This document shows positions 61,395 to 64,000 of a stretch of 64,000 nucleotides of DNA, in pieces. The stretch's first letter is position 1. The number at the start of each line of letters is the position of its first letter. This stretch comes from Gammaproteobacteria bacterium (GTDB lineage: Bacteria; Pseudomonadota; Gammaproteobacteria; Ga0077536). Under the pieces are notes generated by a model. It was not told the DNA's origin and ran no database searches. It saw only the letters and a program-made list of their open reading frames with translations. The stretch lies in the NCBI GenBank assembly GCA_041984235.1, contig JBHIYN010000008.1:220673-284672 (forward strand), given 5' to 3'. The translations under genes were made by a program, and so were the position numbers.

Positions 61395-64000
61395 CTATCC
61401 CGATCCGAGTTCGAGCAGGACGCGGAAGCCGGTGGCGTTGTCCGCGCTGCCATCGTGCGGTTTCTCGAGCGAGACCTCGCACTTGCTGAACACGTCCTCG
61501 AAGGCACCGCCGCGCGCACTCACGCCGCCGTCGGTGGTGACCAGCTCCTGGGCGTTACCGACATAGTTGTACAGGCCCCAGCCGTTGGCCTTGCCGGTGT
61601 TGACGCCCATCAGGCCCTGGCCCTTGAGGAGCTGCCCGTTCATTTCCACCCGGCAGTTGTGATCGGGCTTCGGTTGATCGCCGCCGGCGTTGGCGGCGTA
61701 GCTCCACTCGGCCGCGGACGGCAGGCGGAAGCTGAGTCCGGTGCGCTGCGACAGCCACTCGACGTAGGCGCGTGCCTGCTCCAGCGTGATGCCCGTGATC
61801 GGCAGCCGGCCCTCCTGTCCCTTGACCGGTTCGCAGCTGCGCGACAGCGCGCAAAAGCGGTTGTAGTCGGACACGGTGACCTCGTACTTGCCGATTGCGA
61901 ACGGCCGCTCGAAGCCTTCGCCGGCCGGCACCACCACCATCAGCGGGCCGCGCTGGTTGCCGGCCACGAAATAGAAGCAGGTGCCTTTCTTGCGCTTGCC
62001 ATGTCCGGCGAGCCGCGCTTCACACGGATTGGTCGGCGGCAGGGCGTCGGGAATGGTGAACTCCTCGCTGACCAGGCCGCCCGAGTCGTCGGTCAGGGTG
62101 CTGAGCTTGGCCACCACGCGCGCATGCTCCTTCTTGAACGTGGAGCTGTCGGCCCACACGTCGAGCGCCTGCTCCATGGTCTTCAGTGCGCTCTCGTAGT
62201 CGCCGCCCTTGTACTGCGACTTGTAGCTGTCGTAGAGCGCCTTGGCTTCCTTGACGCGGGCGTTGTAAGCGCCTTTCAGGCGCACGATGTCGGGATGCTC
62301 AGCCTCGCTCTCGTTGGCCTGCTTGAGCAGATCGCGCGCCGCGCCCAGCAGCGCCTTGTCCATCGCCGCGTTGACCTCGGCGGCGTAGCGCGACGGCGCC
62401 ACTTCCAGCGTCACCGGCTCGATCGCGGCGATCACCTGGTTGCCGGCGAACAACTCCTTGGCCTGCTCGATGACCTCGTTGGCGCCGGTGCCGGCGCTCT
62501 CCTTGAGCGCTTCCAGGCGTGCGCTGACCGCTTCGGCCCACTGTGGCTCCGAGGACGAGAACACGCCGGGATCGAGGACCTGGACTTCGGAGATCTTGGC
62601 CATGACCTCGCCGAGGTCGAAGTCGCCCCCGCGCGAGAAGATCTTCTGCAGGTCCTGCTTGTTGCCGTCGACGGTGTAGTCGCGCACCGCGTTCTTGCAC
62701 TCCAGGCGGTTCGGCTGCAAATCGGCACAGGCGCGCGCGAAGCGCAGCGCCGCCGCGAAGTCGTTGGCCACCGCACGCTGGGTAGCGAGCTTGTAGTAAG
62801 CGGCGGCAAGCAGACGCGGCGCGTCGCGGGTGACGAAGGGATCCTCGGCCTCGCCGGTTTCCTCGCGCAGCGCGTCCAGCGTCTTGGTCGCGTTGGCGAC
62901 ATCGTTCGCACGCGCCTGGGTTTCGAAGGTGCGCTTGAGTCCCTCGATGCGCGCCAGCCGCGCCTGCTCGGCCTGCTCGCGCTCGAACGCCTCGGTGGCG
63001 ATGGCCAGGGCCTCGCGCTCCTCGCTCAGCCCCGGCGTGTCGGCGGCGAAACGTTCGGCGTCGGCGAGCAGGTTGGCGCCCTCGGCGAGACGCTGCGCCT
63101 TGCGCATCTCGATCGCGCGCTCGAGGTAGACCGCCGCGATGCGCGCACCGACCTCGTCGAGCCAGGCGTCGCCGGGCTCGCCCAGTGCGGCGACCGTTTC
63201 CATCTTCTGGCGCACGCTGGCACGCCAGTCGCGATCGGCGACCGGATCTTCCAGCAGTTGCTCGACCTCGCGCTTGGAGTCGGCGACGAGCTTCTTCTGC
63301 TGTTCGATCAGCGCCTGCTTGCGCGACTGCTCGAGGTCGACCAGCTGGCCGGACAGCTCGCTCGCCTGCGGCACGTTGACCAGCGCCTGGCGGGTGACGT
63401 CGACGGCATCGTCCCAGCGGCCGTCCGTGCCCATCGTGGCGGCGCCGCGGCTGACCGCGGCGGCGAGCGCGAGCTCGGCCTCGCCGATGCGTGGATCGGC
63501 CGGCGCGAGCGGGCGCAGTTCGTCGAGACGTGCGAACGCGGTGTCGAAGGCGGCGCGGTCGGCGCCGAGCTGCTCGAGGCTCGCGGCGTAGGCCGGGAAC
63601 TCGGCATCGAAGCTCGCCCTGCGCTGCGCGGCGACCTCGGCGCGCGCGGCGTCGTCGAGCTCGCGCAGGGCCGCGAGACGTTCGCCCTCGGCGTCGACCA
63701 GGGTCTGCACGCCGGCGGCGGGCGGGACCTCGGCGGCGGCCGCCAGGGCTTTACCGGCGGCATCGAAGTCGCCGCTGGCGCGTGCCGCCTCGGCGTCCTT
63801 GAGCCACGCCTTGGCAACCTGGTTGCGGGCGTTTTCCGTGCGCGGACTACGCGGCGCTATGGCCACCAGCCGCGCCAGGCGCTCGCGCGCTTCGGGCGCG
63901 AGCTGGTCAGCGGCAACCGCCTCGGTCACCGCGCCGCGCGCCTCGGCCACGACCTCGTCGAACTGCTCGCCGAGTGGCTTGGCGCGCGCGTTCAGCCCGT
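61395..64000 (-). CDS. Large helical-repeat protein with C-terminal FGE-sulfatase-like domain (5' end beyond the window)
   Basis: FAIGKYEVT, RLPSAAEW.YAA, GNAQE, RGGAF and GFRVL. The frame stays open from 63950 to the window edge. Confidence 0.8.
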   Translation of the reverse strand, partial: GLNARAKPLGEQFDEVVAEARGAVTEAVAADQLAPEARERLARLVAIAPRSPRTENARNQVAKAWLKDAEAARASGDFDAAGKALAAAAEVPPAAGVQTLVDAEGERLAALRELDDAARAEVAAQRRASFDAEFPAYAASLEQLGADRAAFDTAFARLDELRPLAPADPRIGEAELALAAAVSRGAATMGTDGRWDDAVDVTRQALVNVPQASELSGQLVDLEQSRKQALIEQQKKLVADSKREVEQLLEDPVADRDWRASVRQKMETVAALGEPGDAWLDEVGARIAAVYLERAIEMRKAQRLAEGANLLADAERFAADTPGLSEEREALAIATEAFEREQAEQARLARIEGLKRTFETQARANDVANATKTLDALREETGEAEDPFVTRDAPRLLAAAYYKLATQRAVANDFAAALRFARACADLQPNRLECKNAVRDYTVDGNKQDLQKIFSRGGDFDLGEVMAKISEVQVLDPGVFSSSEPQWAEAVSARLEALKESAGTGANEVIEQAKELFAGNQVIAAIEPVTLEVAPSRYAAEVNAAMDKALLGAARDLLKQANESEAEHPDIVRLKGAYNARVKEAKALYDSYKSQYKGGDYESALKTMEQALDVWADSSTFKKEHARVVAKLSTLTDDSGGLVSEEFTIPDALPPTNPCEARLAGHGKRKKGTCFYFVAGNQRGPLMVVVPAGEGFERPFAIGKYEVTVSDYNRFCALSRSCEPVKGQEGRLPITGITLEQARAYVEWLSQRTGLSFRLPSAAEWSYAANAGGDQPKPDHNCRVEMNGQLLKGQGLMGVNTGKANGWGLYNYVGNAQELVTTDGGVSARGGAFEDVFSKCEVSLEKPHDGSADNATGFRVLLELGSG

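Overview
This is a 64-kb, visibly high-GC, mostly core-chromosomal window. It most likely comes from a Gammaproteobacterium, judged from glnS, an E. coli-type CTGT-N8-ACAG SOS box, and the gene orders rnr-rlmB-rpsF-rpsR-DUF2232-rplI-dnaB-alr-radA and ypjD/yfjD-ffh. All calls come from motif and family recognition by eye; no searches were run. From left to right it contains: (1) a signalling block with a GAF-GAF-PAS adenylate cyclase, glnS, and a 1352-aa PilZ/DUF1631/degenerate GGDEF-EAL protein with 11 elastin-like 33-bp repeats that is coupled to a Ser/Thr kinase with a cNMP domain; (2) dgkA and an NAD-type isocitrate dehydrogenase; (3) lexA-imuA-imuB with tandem SOS boxes and no adjacent dnaE2; (4) a ~15-kb, 16-gene sphingolipid (ceramide) cluster with acyl-AMP ligase, CerR-like reductase, ACP, Spt, bCerS-like acyltransferase, head-group enzymes, an AspH/LpxO-type hydroxylase, a flippase and separate LptF/G/A paralogues; (5) a Dke1-like diketone dioxygenase, a Slam-type barrel with a FecR/TbpB-like cargo, and tRNA-Leu(CAG); (6) housekeeping genes, maeB and dsbB; (7) an alpha/mitochondrial-type sdhCDAB-sdhE-ygfZ operon preceded by a 56-aa SdhAF4 gene missing from the ORF track; (8) ubiG-gph plus a degenerate squalene-synthase-like gene, and two FGE-domain proteins, the last running off the window. 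The best candidate for an under-described system is the sphingolipid synthesis, decoration and export cluster, whose enzyme set differs from the Caulobacter model. No CRISPR array, IS element, integrase or rRNA was seen.
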